A stretch of 51,957 nt of DNA, filler included, from Bipalium vagum (Eukaryota): NCBI GenBank assembly GCA_037834085.1. It is 3 parts of 3 records of this genome, joined end to end, with 100 filler letters (N's around TTAATTAATTAA, not from the genome) between each part and the next. Parts side by side here need not be neighbours in the genome. Positions count along the whole stretch, not along the records: positions 1 to 17,774 come from JBBMKC010052193.1; 2 more parts are not named here. The stretch is one strand, 5' to 3'. Each line of letters opens with the position of its first letter. Position 1 is the stretch's first letter. The translations under genes were made by a program, and so were the position numbers. The notes beneath the pieces are model-generated. The model saw only the letters and a list, made by a program, of their open reading frames with translations. It had not been told where the DNA came from and did no database searches. Positions 1-10,925 of this stretch are shown piece after piece.

Positions 1-249
1 TAAAAATAAATTATTTTGAAATTACCGCTCTGTTTTATTAGCGGCGGAAATTAATTAAAACACCTAATAATAATAATGATAATAATAATAATAATTAATA
101 AATAATAATTACTAATTATAATTAATTAAAGAGAAGGGTTTTTATCTTCCACAAATCCTTACATAAAAATAAAAAATAAAATAAAACTAAAAACACAAAA
201 ATAATCACAATTGTCAATAATAAAATGTTTATTGTGGGATACTCCACAC

Positions 250-780
250 ATACAAATTTATAAAACTTAACATTTGAATCAAACAGAAATGCGGAGAGCA
301 CTCTGAATTATGCAGGTGTATGTCAAAGAGAAATTTATCCTGAGTACTTTATTCAAGAACTTCAAGCAGCTCTGAAGGGGAAATACACAATCCTGACCAC
401 AGAAGTCAACATAGAGTCACTCGCTCAACACCATCCTTCTCATGGGCCATCGGAGTCATGCCTCTAAATATTTACTTCACTACCAGTGCAATAAAAGAAA
501 CTGTATGAATCGGTAAACTGTTAATTGATTATTATGATTTGTCTTAATTATTGATATTTAATTTCAGTTTGGTGTCTGTCGGAACTAAAACTGAAGTCTG
601 CACACAAGATGTCACTGACGATATCCACAGAATGTTGACTTTACTTTAATACGAAGCGTCATTTTTCTCGATATATCTGAAGCTAATCAATTGAAAGAAA
701 GCCATAAATCGTGTATTAATAAAATGCCCGATTGTATTAAGGCACTGATAGCTGCAAAGGATGGGGTTACAAATTATTAA
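250..780 (+). mobile_element. Degenerate Tc1-like transposase 3' fragment
   Basis: About 715-780 translates INKMPDCIKALIAAKDGVTNY*, matching the Tc1 C-terminal consensus SMPxRxxAVIxAKGGxTKY*. Upstream sequence is frameshifted, so the 5' boundary is approximate. Confidence 0.55.
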
Positions 781-844
781 AAATAACTAATACATTTCTA
801 TTTTTGGACTTTTTTATAATTTCATATTCATTCTAACTTTTTTA

Positions 845-1304
845 TACTCTGTGATTTTTAGGTTTATATCCAAATAGAGATTCATCAACATGTTATGCCA
901 TTTCCACCTAGCTTTACAGAATTATTAACAAAGTAATTAGCATATATATCTAAAAAATGCATCTATTTTAACTACAGTTGGCCTTGAAAGTTCAGTTTCA
1001 TTACAAACTTTTTTCCGTACTTCCAATAGCTCTTAAGAAAATTGCGAAAATAATATATCTCAAGTTCCACAGAAAAAAGACCATGTTGGATACTGACAGA
1101 ATTATTATAGTTCTTGCATAATTTCTTCAAACACTTCCATTCGGTTTTCATTAACTCCATTTGATTCTGACATTTTTCAAAATGTTTTGCGCTATGAAAT
1201 AATCCTTTGCTTCTTAAAGAATTTATTAGTTTATCAGTACTTAGAACTGGATTTAAAACTGTTAAAGAAATAACTTTTTCTTGAGATTTTATCCCTAAAA
1301 ACAA
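845..1304 (-). mobile_element. Merlin (IS1016/ISXO2-like) transposase relic
   Basis: ORF 972-1304 has the N-terminal Zn-ribbon-like pattern (H[C>F]EKC..M...WKC...LC...SIQHGLF). After frameshifts, 845-930 reads SVKLGGNGIT / VDESLFGYKPKNHR, matching the Merlin motif IGGxGxxVEIDESxFxxRKYHRG. Confidence 0.75.
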
Positions 1305-1360
1305 TAATAAATTCCTTTAATAATAATAATTATAAAAAATTCAAAGAATTTTCATATATT

Positions 1361-1497
1361 GGGGTCCGCAAAAAAACTTCGTTTTTCTAAATTATTTATT
1401 ATACTACAAAAACATAATAATCTAATAAAAATATAATTATTTATTAATTTATAATAAAAATATAATTTTGTAAAAACGAAGTTGTTTTGCAGACCCC
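1361..1497. mobile_element. MITE with about 31-bp terminal inverted repeats
   Basis: ggggtccgcaaaaaaacttcgtttttctaaa (1361-) is the imperfect reverse complement of tttgtaaaaacgaagttgttttgcagacccc (-1497). The interior is AT-rich and the flanks are TA-rich, mariner-like. Confidence 0.75.
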
Positions 1498-1663
1498 TAT
1501 ATTTAATATGATTTAATAATCATTTAAAAACTTATCTATTTATTATTATTAAATAGTTACATTAAAGTTATTGTTTCTTTTAATAATGTAATCAATGATT
1601 TAAATTGAAGTTTAATTCAAATTTGATTTCTTATTTTTTTATGATAATTTATATTTTTCTTTT

Positions 1664-4600
1664 ATGGCTATATTAAGTAATTCTGAATTACTTTTAAATC
1701 ACATACACAATTCCTTTATCTTCGGTGATGACACTGGTCTTTGTGAATTAATTATAGATAAAGATTTTTCTTCAAATTTTAACATTAAAGATGCTTTAGA
1801 AAAGCAGTATGATATTTTTAAAATCAAATTATTAATATTTTTTTAATTTAGATTAAGTTATCCTATTACTGATGTGGGCACTGATTCATTTAAAAATTCT
1901 CCAGATATATCTCTATGTATTAATACAGGTATTTTGTGATTTTTCATTTTCATTTTTAATAAACAATAAAGTTAGCGTTAGGAAATTGTCATCAGAAGCT
2001 AGAATAAAAGAAGTGGAATTAAATGATTCGAAGATGGTGGTAAGTCATCAAATTATTGATACTGGGGAATGGCCTAGAATTCTATCTGGTATGTTTACGT
2101 TGTTAGATATAAAATCAAACTGTTTTCCTTACAAAAATATTTATTTATCTTGATATTCTTATCACTTATTAAGTAAACTGCTTAGCAATATAAATCTAAA
2201 TAAATGATTTTCAGGCTATTCATAAAATAAATTAACATTCAGATAACGATATAAATGAATTGTTTTCATATTCGGAACCGTGTAAGCCTTCAAAAGTATG
2301 CAAATCGATGCTTTCTAAAATGTTAGAAGAAACCAACAAAGAAGATATAGCCACGGTCAATATCTTTTCACAATATGCAAAATTTAGTGCTTCTCGGTAT
2401 TTGAAATCAAAAAAATCAGATTTGGATGAAATTATGTTGAACCCAATTCCTGAATATGAAAGTCCATTGGATAAATCTCTTCGAAATTTTAATATTTACT
2501 TTTGGGACTTTCCTGAACAAAGAAACCGGTCAAATCCTGTGGTTGTTCGACCAATTGTGGAAACTCGAGTGATGGATTTAATCGGACTTGCATGTTGGAA
2601 GTATGTGGAGGAAAACAGATTTCCTGCTCTTTCGAGCTCGTACGTTTTCAGTTTTGAGTTTCTTTTTTACCTTATCAATATTTTAAATCATTGATTTTCA
2701 AAATAAATTTCATACATTAGGGGTATGCATAAAGGTATTGTAATTTCTGTTTCATATTAATATTATTTCATATAATTAGTCTCTGTTACTTTTATCTCTT
2801 TTCCAATGACTTATCAATACATAATATTTTCATACTATTTTAAAATCATATAGTTATTAAGTGTGATTGTCTCGGAAATTGTCAGATATTTGCTTGTATT
2901 TGGTTCTGAAATCAATATTTAGTTATATATTATTGTATCATTTTTGTGACATATATAACACAGTATTATCGATATTTATCAAAACTGATGAAAATAATTG
3001 ATCGGTATCCATTAACATTGTGTAATTACTAGCACCATGGTGAGCAAATTTCAACTGTACATGTTTGAGGATGACGAAGATTTAGAATTCGGATTCGGTT
3101 CTCTGAACAATATTGATCCGATTTATAAATATCAATTTTCCAATTTGGCATTGCTTGAATATCAACGCAATGGAAGAAACAAAATTGTTTCCATCTGTTC
3201 GACAATCAGCAATAATAGCTTTGTAACAAGATCGTACATGGAAAAGATGGGACTGCCGTCGAAGTCGATTATAGAAATAGACAGTGTTTCGAATCCCCGG
3301 TCTGTCAGCAACTCCAGTGATATTTTGGAAGATTCAATTTTTGTGGAAATGTAAGTGTTACTTAGTATTTTTCCTTATTGTGTGAATATTGATTTTCTGA
3401 AGGCCAATTTTTCTTTTTTAACTCAAAATTTGATTCCAGTAATTCTATTCTAAAAGAATTTTTTTCTTTAAGTCTTTGAAATTTGTTATAACGTATTTGT
3501 TTCGAAAATTTAATGGTTATCCTTCATTTCTTTTCAAAAGGAAATTTTCATTAAAAACTTAATTTTTCATATACCAATTATTATAACATTGTTTCATGTA
3601 TAAATAAGGCTTTATCTCTCTTTCTCAGCCAATTAGCTCATGGAGTGTCAAAGTTCCGTTTTTCGCCAGACACAACTGTAGAACAAATCATTTCACATAC
3701 CATCAACAAACGTCAGCTCGTACAGCATGGAGATGTTTACCGATACAAATTGGAATTGGCTTCAGAACCCCACAAAGAATTAGATATGGCTCTCACACTC
3801 CGTCAATTGGAAACTTTCTCATTTGTGTTAGTAAGAGATTTGAGTGAGAGATAATAATTTATTACTTCCATGTATCGATTCAACTTTGATCATGCTTTTC
3901 CGTCTTTTAAAAATCTATTAGTGATAATAATAATAATCGTGGATGAAACGCAGCGGTCAGAGCAGTCCATGCGCACGTGAAAGGTCCTGGGTTCGAATCC
4001 TGGTATCTCCGATTAATTTTATATAATAACAATAATATTAAATATTAAGCTGATAATAATTAATTTTTATATTTGAATTTTTTCCGTTATCAAAATTTAA
4101 TATTTCGTTACTCCGAATTTCTTTAATAAGTTAATGAGTTTTTCTAAATCTGAGATCTCAACCATTGCAAATTACCCTGTGTGAGCATGTGTTAAAAATT
4201 AAATAATTCTTTTTCACAAAAATTTTAAGTGAAAACCGAAACGTTACAATTATTTCATCTTCAAAATATTTAGAATCAATAAATGTGAAATTTTATGCTT
4301 TTTCACCTGAATATCCTAAATTTTATCAGAATTAAATATTTATATAATGGCATGAAAAATGGAAAATTTGTTCATTTATTAGTAGAGTACGAGGGCTATT
4401 TGAGGACGTTTTTATTATGTTAAATAAACAATATTTTTAACAAAAATGTATGTATTTAAATAAAATTGATGCAAATATCCTTGATGACACATCTTTACTT
4501 AATTATGCTATGAAACCACCATTGGTTTCAATGACTGTTATTCGGACTCGAAACCGTTGAGAGACAGAAATTAAGTGGTTCCTATTCATTTCTGATATCA

Positions 4601-7600
4601 CCTTTACAATGGCGGCCTTCAGTGAGACATTGGCACTATTAAGAGGTTTATTAATCTCCCTTTCAACGACGCTCCACACGTAATAATCCATCGGATTTAA
4701 ATCTGGTGAGCTAGGGAGTCACATGATCGTAAAAATGTGAGAAGGTGCAGAGTATCTAGGGTTTAACAACCGCTTTAATAATTTCAATGTATTCAGCAGT
4801 ATTGACCCTCAAACCTTGTGAGAAAAAATAAGGTGACATAACATGACCTTCACCGCTCACAACTCCTAAAACAGTTATAGCAGCCAGATATTTGGTGTGC
4901 ATCACCCTGGGTACTCAGAAGAAATTGTCTTCTGATCTTAATCAAAGTTTTTTTCGTCAGAGAAAATCCAAAGTATGCTATGTTCGTGGGGGTTTTTTAA
5001 ATTGTTCAGAAATCGTTTTGAACGCACGAGACGGTTTTCCTGTGTCTTCGATGACATAAATTGGCCTCTCTTCATTAAATATGAATAATATTGAATGTCC
5101 TAGTGTACTGCTTCTCTGACAGTCCACTCTGATACCTGGAGTTCTTTAGCAATTGATCTCATTGATCTTCTGGCGTTCTCATCGATGATGTTTTGAACAT
5201 TCTGTATAAATTATGGTGTTCTTATGGCATCAGGGCGTTGTAAATGCTTTTTTTCCGTTTTGCTACAGGAGATACATTGCCATCACATTCATATAGCTTC
5301 AACCGAACTTTATGGACAAATGCTCTGGAAACATTTAAAATGGTACTATTTTCTATATCACTATGTTTAGCGGATAAAGTAACTATGACTGCATTTTTTG
5401 TGTTGAAATTTTTACCTGAATTGATTATCTAAAATAAAAAAAATTATCTAAATTATTTGAATATGTATTAATATATTTATTTATTGTTTATTAAAACATT
5501 TACTTAATTAAAACATTTAGAAAATGTCCTCAAATATCCCCCGTACCATGAATACATCAAATATAAAAAAGCATCACTATTGATTTTTCTTTAAATAATT
5601 TAATTATTCTCAAAATAAATGTTGAAATTATGTAAAAATTTATTTAAAAAATATAAAAATGAATTTAATAAATATTAACATTTTGAAATAATATTTTTAA
5701 AAATTCATTTAATTTAATTATTATTTAAAAATTCTTTATTATTAAAAAATATTTTAAAAATATAATAAATAATTTTATAAAATAAAAATTATTAAATTTA
5801 TAAATTAAATAATATTGGAATAAAAATTTATATATTTTAAAAATTGATTTATTACTAGAAATTAAGAAAATAATTTTAAAATATATAATTTATTATATTT
5901 TACATAATAAAACATTTTGTAGAAATTATTAAATAAATAAAATAAGAGCAAGATTTTGAGATTATTTTTAAATTTATTTATTTTATAACTTAATATTTGA
6001 AAAATTGATATTATTAAATAATTAAATCATTAAGCGAATTATGAGATAATGGTTTTTCCCACACTAAATTTAGAGTTAGAGATCGTTTTTTCTATCTTCC
6101 TCGGAGATTTAATTAATTATTATGCAATGAACATAAGAAATATGTGACAGAAAAATTGTTAAGTATTGCTTTCGAAAGTTCAAATATTTAAAATCCGTTT
6201 CTTATCAAAGAGAGAAAGTTGAATGACATGGTCCGATTTGAATCGATATGTGTCAATTTCAACATGTGTTGATTGTCAAATAAATAATGATTTATTCAGG
6301 TCGCAGAAAACCAGCCATTCCGGACTTAATCAATGAAGATTCGTCTAGCATTTTAAGTAAACTAGTTGATGTCATGCAGCCCCAAACCTACATGGTCTAT
6401 TTGAAACAACCTCTCAAGCGTTGGGAATCCGTTTTAAGTATGAATATTTTTTTTCACAAAATAGGCAGACGATGAATACTCGATATATCTCAAACTGACA
6501 GAGTTCAGAAAACAAAGTTTACAAGATATTGTTCTTTTGAGACCCTATTAATCCAAGTCGCTCTGTAATTTTTTTCAAGGTGTTTTTTCTTTCATTGATT
6601 CAGTTCCGCAATATTCTCTTCGTGCAAGTCAATTTTCGATTGCTTACAATGTACTTTAAAGAATATTTAAAATACTTTCTTCTTTCTCCTTATATTCTGT
6701 TCCGATTTTATCGCAAAGAATACTTTATTGTTTTTTTATGAATTATAAATAACTTATGTCAATTTATCAAAAACTAAAAATTTAAATCAATATTAATCAA
6801 CGAAATTTCTCTCGTTAAAATAATATTGGTAATATCGATTACCAAAGGTTTATCTTTTAATAAATATTGCAGAATATTTTTTGTCTTCAGAAATTTTATT
6901 TTACTCTCTCAACTCTTTTTTGTCACTTTTATATGGTTTTCCTTCCGATCTTATTTCGTTACATTTTCTGTATATCATTCAGGTCGGCTTTGAAAAATCA
7001 AAATAAATACTTTGAAATCCACGTTGAAAGGTTTTTGAGTTACTTAATGAAATTATTTCTCCCGATCTTTTTGTCGTGACCTAAATCTTGTTTCCGGAAC
7101 ATAAAGACCAGTGGATTTAACGAAAAATAAATCTTCTTGGTTTATATTGTTTCATTAATAAATATTTTATCTAAAAATCAACGATCTACCGGTATTTTCA
7201 AGTTATTGGGAAATTTAAGAAATCGATACAATGTATATGTTGATTTTATCAAGATTTTTATTTAATAAGCCGAATGCGATGCTCCCGAAATAAATAAATG
7301 GGATTTGTCATCCTTTTAATTAACGCATGGTTGAGTTGACAGTTTAAACACTGATTTTCAAAGAAATTCCACCATTCAAATCGAAGGACCATTTTCTTTT
7401 TTCTGTAAACTCTTATTAGCCTTTTATCCGTTATATATCAGTCTCTGGTTCTCCTTGACTCTTGATTCCGTACATGTGGTGTAATAAAATTTAAAAAGTT
7501 TTTTTGAATATTGATTCTTATAATTTTTGAAATGCAAGTGTTTTTTTTATTTCTGTGGAATTTTTTATCCTATATACTCACAGGCATCTCTCAGGAAACG

Positions 7601-8038
7601 ATTGAAATAGAATGCAATCCGGTCAAGTTACCGTTTCGAATTAAACCGAAATCGATTCGTTTTCCCGTTTCATTCCTTGCGAATTGTGACATCATTTACC
7701 ACGGTCAAAATGATGAAGACGTCAGTAGCAAGATTACGATCAAGTTTCTTCATTTGAAAAAAAAGTCTGCCATGGCTAGAAATTTGCGGGTTTCAATCAG
7801 TCAAAATGGGATAGAATCGGATTCGATCAGCTCTCGATCGACAAGTCGCAATGACTTGAATTCTGTGATGGCTCAAGACCTTTCGACCAATAATAGTAGT
7901 TGTCTACTATCAGAACTCACTACTCATTGTATCAGCTGTGAGTGGTCGACTGGGAAGATTATTTACAACCAAGTCTTGTCAATTATGAATTTCAAAAAAC
8001 ATTTCATTAGACAGGAGTATTTGAATTTGTTGAAATAA
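1664..8038 (+). CDS. MAPKAP1: Target of rapamycin complex 2 subunit SIN1/MAPKAP1 (8 exons)
   Basis: Exons 1664-1806, 1852-1928, 1972-2088, 2243-2639, 3033-3350, 3629-3843, 6300-6437, 7584-8038; all GT-AG and phase-consistent. The N-terminus LNHIHNSFIFGDDTGLCELII matches SIN1 [21 protein letters not shown]. CRIM motifs RVMDLIGLACWKY and FEDDEDLEFGFGSLNNIDPIYKYQFSNLALLE are present, followed by RBD-like and PH-like regions. Confidence 0.92.
3939..4011 (+). pseudogene. tRNA-Ala(CGC)-derived pseudogene or possible SINE head in SIN1 intron 6
   Basis: GTGGATG..CAGCGGTCAGAGC..TGCGCAC..AGGTCCTGGGTTCGAATCCTGGTATCTCC aligns to the metazoan tRNA-Ala layout (GGGGATG...CATCTCCA). T-arm and B box are intact; acceptor, D and anticodon stems are mismatched and position 33 is G. 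Confidence 0.7.
4390..5543 (-). mobile_element. maT (DD37D-type) Tc1/mariner element, internally deleted, in SIN1 intron 6
   Basis: TIRs TA|cgagggctatttgaggacgttttt ... aaaatgtcctcaaatatcccccg|TA. Minus-strand remnants include WIFSDEK and SSPDLNPMDYYVWSVVE...VIETNGGFI, with stops and frameshifts. Confidence 0.88.
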
Positions 8039-9009
8039 ATTTGCTGTGCAATAAATTATTAATTCTGAATTGAAATTCAAGTTTCTTCGGTTTTATTTTG
8101 GAATTACACAAGACGGCATAATTATCGTCGAAAATCAATTTTTCTAAGGTCTTTGTATATTATAGTATTCTTTAATTCAGTTCTATAACCGCAAAAATGA
8201 AAAATGGGCATTATAGAAAATAAATGTACAAATTTTGTTTGTTAAATTAAATGGTCAATATGTAACCATATTAAACTTAGCCGATTACAATAATGAATCT
8301 GTATAAATTAGAATTTTTTCAACTTACTAAAATTATTTTTTATTTTCATTTAGTAATGAGTTGTAAGTATTGAGGAAGTAGATAAATGTGGGTGGAACTT
8401 CACTTCAGCGTTCAAAAATCTTATTACAAAGCAAAACTTCAGGAGAAGATAGTATCAACAAGAAGGATAAATTTTGAGTATTGCACGAATCGGTAACTGT
8501 GAAGATTAAATTGATTATAAGAACTGTTTGGGGTTTGACTTCGCTTATCAAGATTAAAATGTTTTCTATTTTAAATTAATGTTGGACTCAAATTTTCATT
8601 CTTTTGCATAACAGTTAATCTGGCTTAACATTAGAGATCGTAACTTCATCTTTAAACAGTTTTGTTCTGAACGGCTTGAATATGTATCAACTTTCGTAGG
8701 AGTTGTCACTGACTGAGTAGTAGATTTATTTATAAGAATTTTGATAGGTAGAGAAATATTTTTGTTCATATAACATAATGTACATTAAACCACATGGGAT
8801 CCCGATTGACTGTTAAAATACAGCATTAATAAAATAAAATTCATTAAGGTAAATTAACATACTTGTTGACTTATATGTTTTATAAACAGAAGAAAATATA
8901 TACAAAGAGATTAAAAAGAAAATTTAGAAAACACTGAAATCACAGATAAATATTATCATTGATTATTTTTTTTCTTTTTGATAAATAAAGTCTAATAATT
9001 TTCAAAAAT

Positions 9010-9560
9010 GCCAATTGTGTGCTCAATGTAGATGTTTCTTGGGCTGTGGATTATTGCTCTGATGAGATATGTTTTGAGGATTCCAAGGTCCTAGAGCGCT
9101 GATGACGATCGTCTCGATTGCAACTGTCCATCTGTGATACGCTTTCTTAGTTAATTCAGCAAGGTGTGAACTATCATTTCGTTGTTTCTTCGTGTTCTTC
9201 TATTCATTGTACCGTGATTTGAGTCTAACAGAATTTTGTATTTGATTTTTTTCCAATAAAAGCTCTAGATCGGTTAGGTCTTTGGTCTGGAACTAAACTA
9301 TTAACAAATTTTTAAAAGTTAACTTGTTTGAGAAATTTGATCAGATTATCATATTTCAATAGTTGAAAAGGTGTGCTTGGCTTTGTAATTTTTAGTTGCA
9401 CAAGTAACATGTTTTCATTGGATATTTTTTGTTGAATAACCTACTATTGAAGTTCAATAGATAGTTTCTGGCTTTGAAACTATTTCCAGTCTCAAAAGCC
9501 AATGCGTCTATGAATCATGAACTGATTCTTTATTTCCGATTGAGCTAATGATTCTGCAAT
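9010..9560 (-). mobile_element. Degenerate 3' end of an RLE-type non-LTR retrotransposon (NeSL/R2/R4-like)
   Basis: The minus strand gives a CCHC-knuckle remnant (CYLCN*KLQSQAHLFNY), a degraded PD-like segment, and ETIVISALGPWNPQN, matching the RLE C-terminal motif VxxxVxGALGSWxxxN. Many stops. Confidence 0.55.
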
Positions 9561-10925
9561 CCTTTCTTAAGTTTTTAACTATTTCACAATTTCCAGTACA
9601 TGAAACGTTGAAGTTGATTACCTCCAATAATCTTTAACAAATGTGAATCACATTCAACAATAACACTATTTTAACAGACTGTTCTGAGATTGTTTGGCAG
9701 TAGTCTTATGAATTTTACAACCCCGTGTCCAAGGTCATATTGCAATGACAATGGCTACTAAAACTATAGTTATCGTCGTACTAATACCTCACTCAATAAT
9801 ACATCATAACATCAATTATATTAGACTGTAAATGAATATATTTATATATAACATAAAACGTTACTGATACACTATTAAGATGGGATTTATTTAACTAAAA
9901 TGAGAAATATTTCTATCACATAGTTAATGACTTAAATTTTATTCTATAATTTTTTCTTATGGTTCTTTTTTTCAATATAAGCAGCTTTCAGTTTACCAAT
10001 TATAAATAATATGATAAGTTTATAGGCTTATTTTTGAGGAATTCATAGAAAAATGTCATCAAATAAAATTTTTTATTCCACAAAAAGCAAAAAAGCTATT
10101 TTCACTTCATATCTTAAAACGTTAAATATCGTATAACTTTGAATATTAGCCAAACTTAAAAATAGTTATGAAATGAAGACTTCAATTTTAATTTTTTCTA
10201 TATCCATAAAATAAAAGTTATTGATCTTTCTCAATCTATTTGATTTGGTTCACAATTAAGTAAGTTAATGAATTATTAAACTATATTATAAAATTCTAGA
10301 TAATAACACACTCATCTCACGTTTTACTTCTTCAAATTTTATTTATAAACCTTGTTATAAATGCAGAATACCTGTGACACTCTAAATCAAAGTTGTTGTC
10401 TATGGAAGAAGGCTTAGCCATGAACACGTTATATTAAAGCGAACACCAGCTTAGATGGGGAGCTTCAGAATCCCAACTTCACTAGTCGGCTTGGAGTCAC
10501 TCTCTACTGGAATTATCTATCGATGAGATCGTCGAGGTGATGGCTCTACAATTAGCAAGTCCTTTTCCAAAAATACAAAAATAAACTTTCTTTAACTTTC
10601 TTTTTAGAGCAAATAAAATTTTAATTTACATAAGTTAAAAATATTTATTTAAAAAATAATATTTAATTATTTATAAATATAGAAATTATATTTTTTCCAT
10701 TTATCAACATTTCATTTTATTTAACTAACAAATAATATAATTTTTTGCTTCTTATTGTTTAATAAATATAAAGATTTATTTAATTTTATGTTAAGAATTT
10801 ATTTTTTAACTATTAATATTTTTAGTTAATATTTTAAAACAAAGACCTAATGTATTACTATTGTTTAAATTCATTTTTAATTCAAATTTTTAAAACCACC
10901 ATTTTCAATTGAATTATTTTCTAAA

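Noticed and set aside
3939-4011. Functional tRNA-Ala gene
   Set aside because: Multiple stem mismatches and loss of U8 and U33; recorded as a pseudogene instead.
5244-5432. Short hydrophobic ORFs (5244-5432, 6867-7079, 17900-18085, 46269-46466, 47415-47738 and similar)
   Set aside because: They are antisense to TE relics or random ORFs in T-rich DNA, with no motifs.
9095-9130. CTGATGA followed by a short stem, hammerhead-like
   Set aside because: The required GAAA after stem II is missing, and it lies in antisense retroelement coding sequence.
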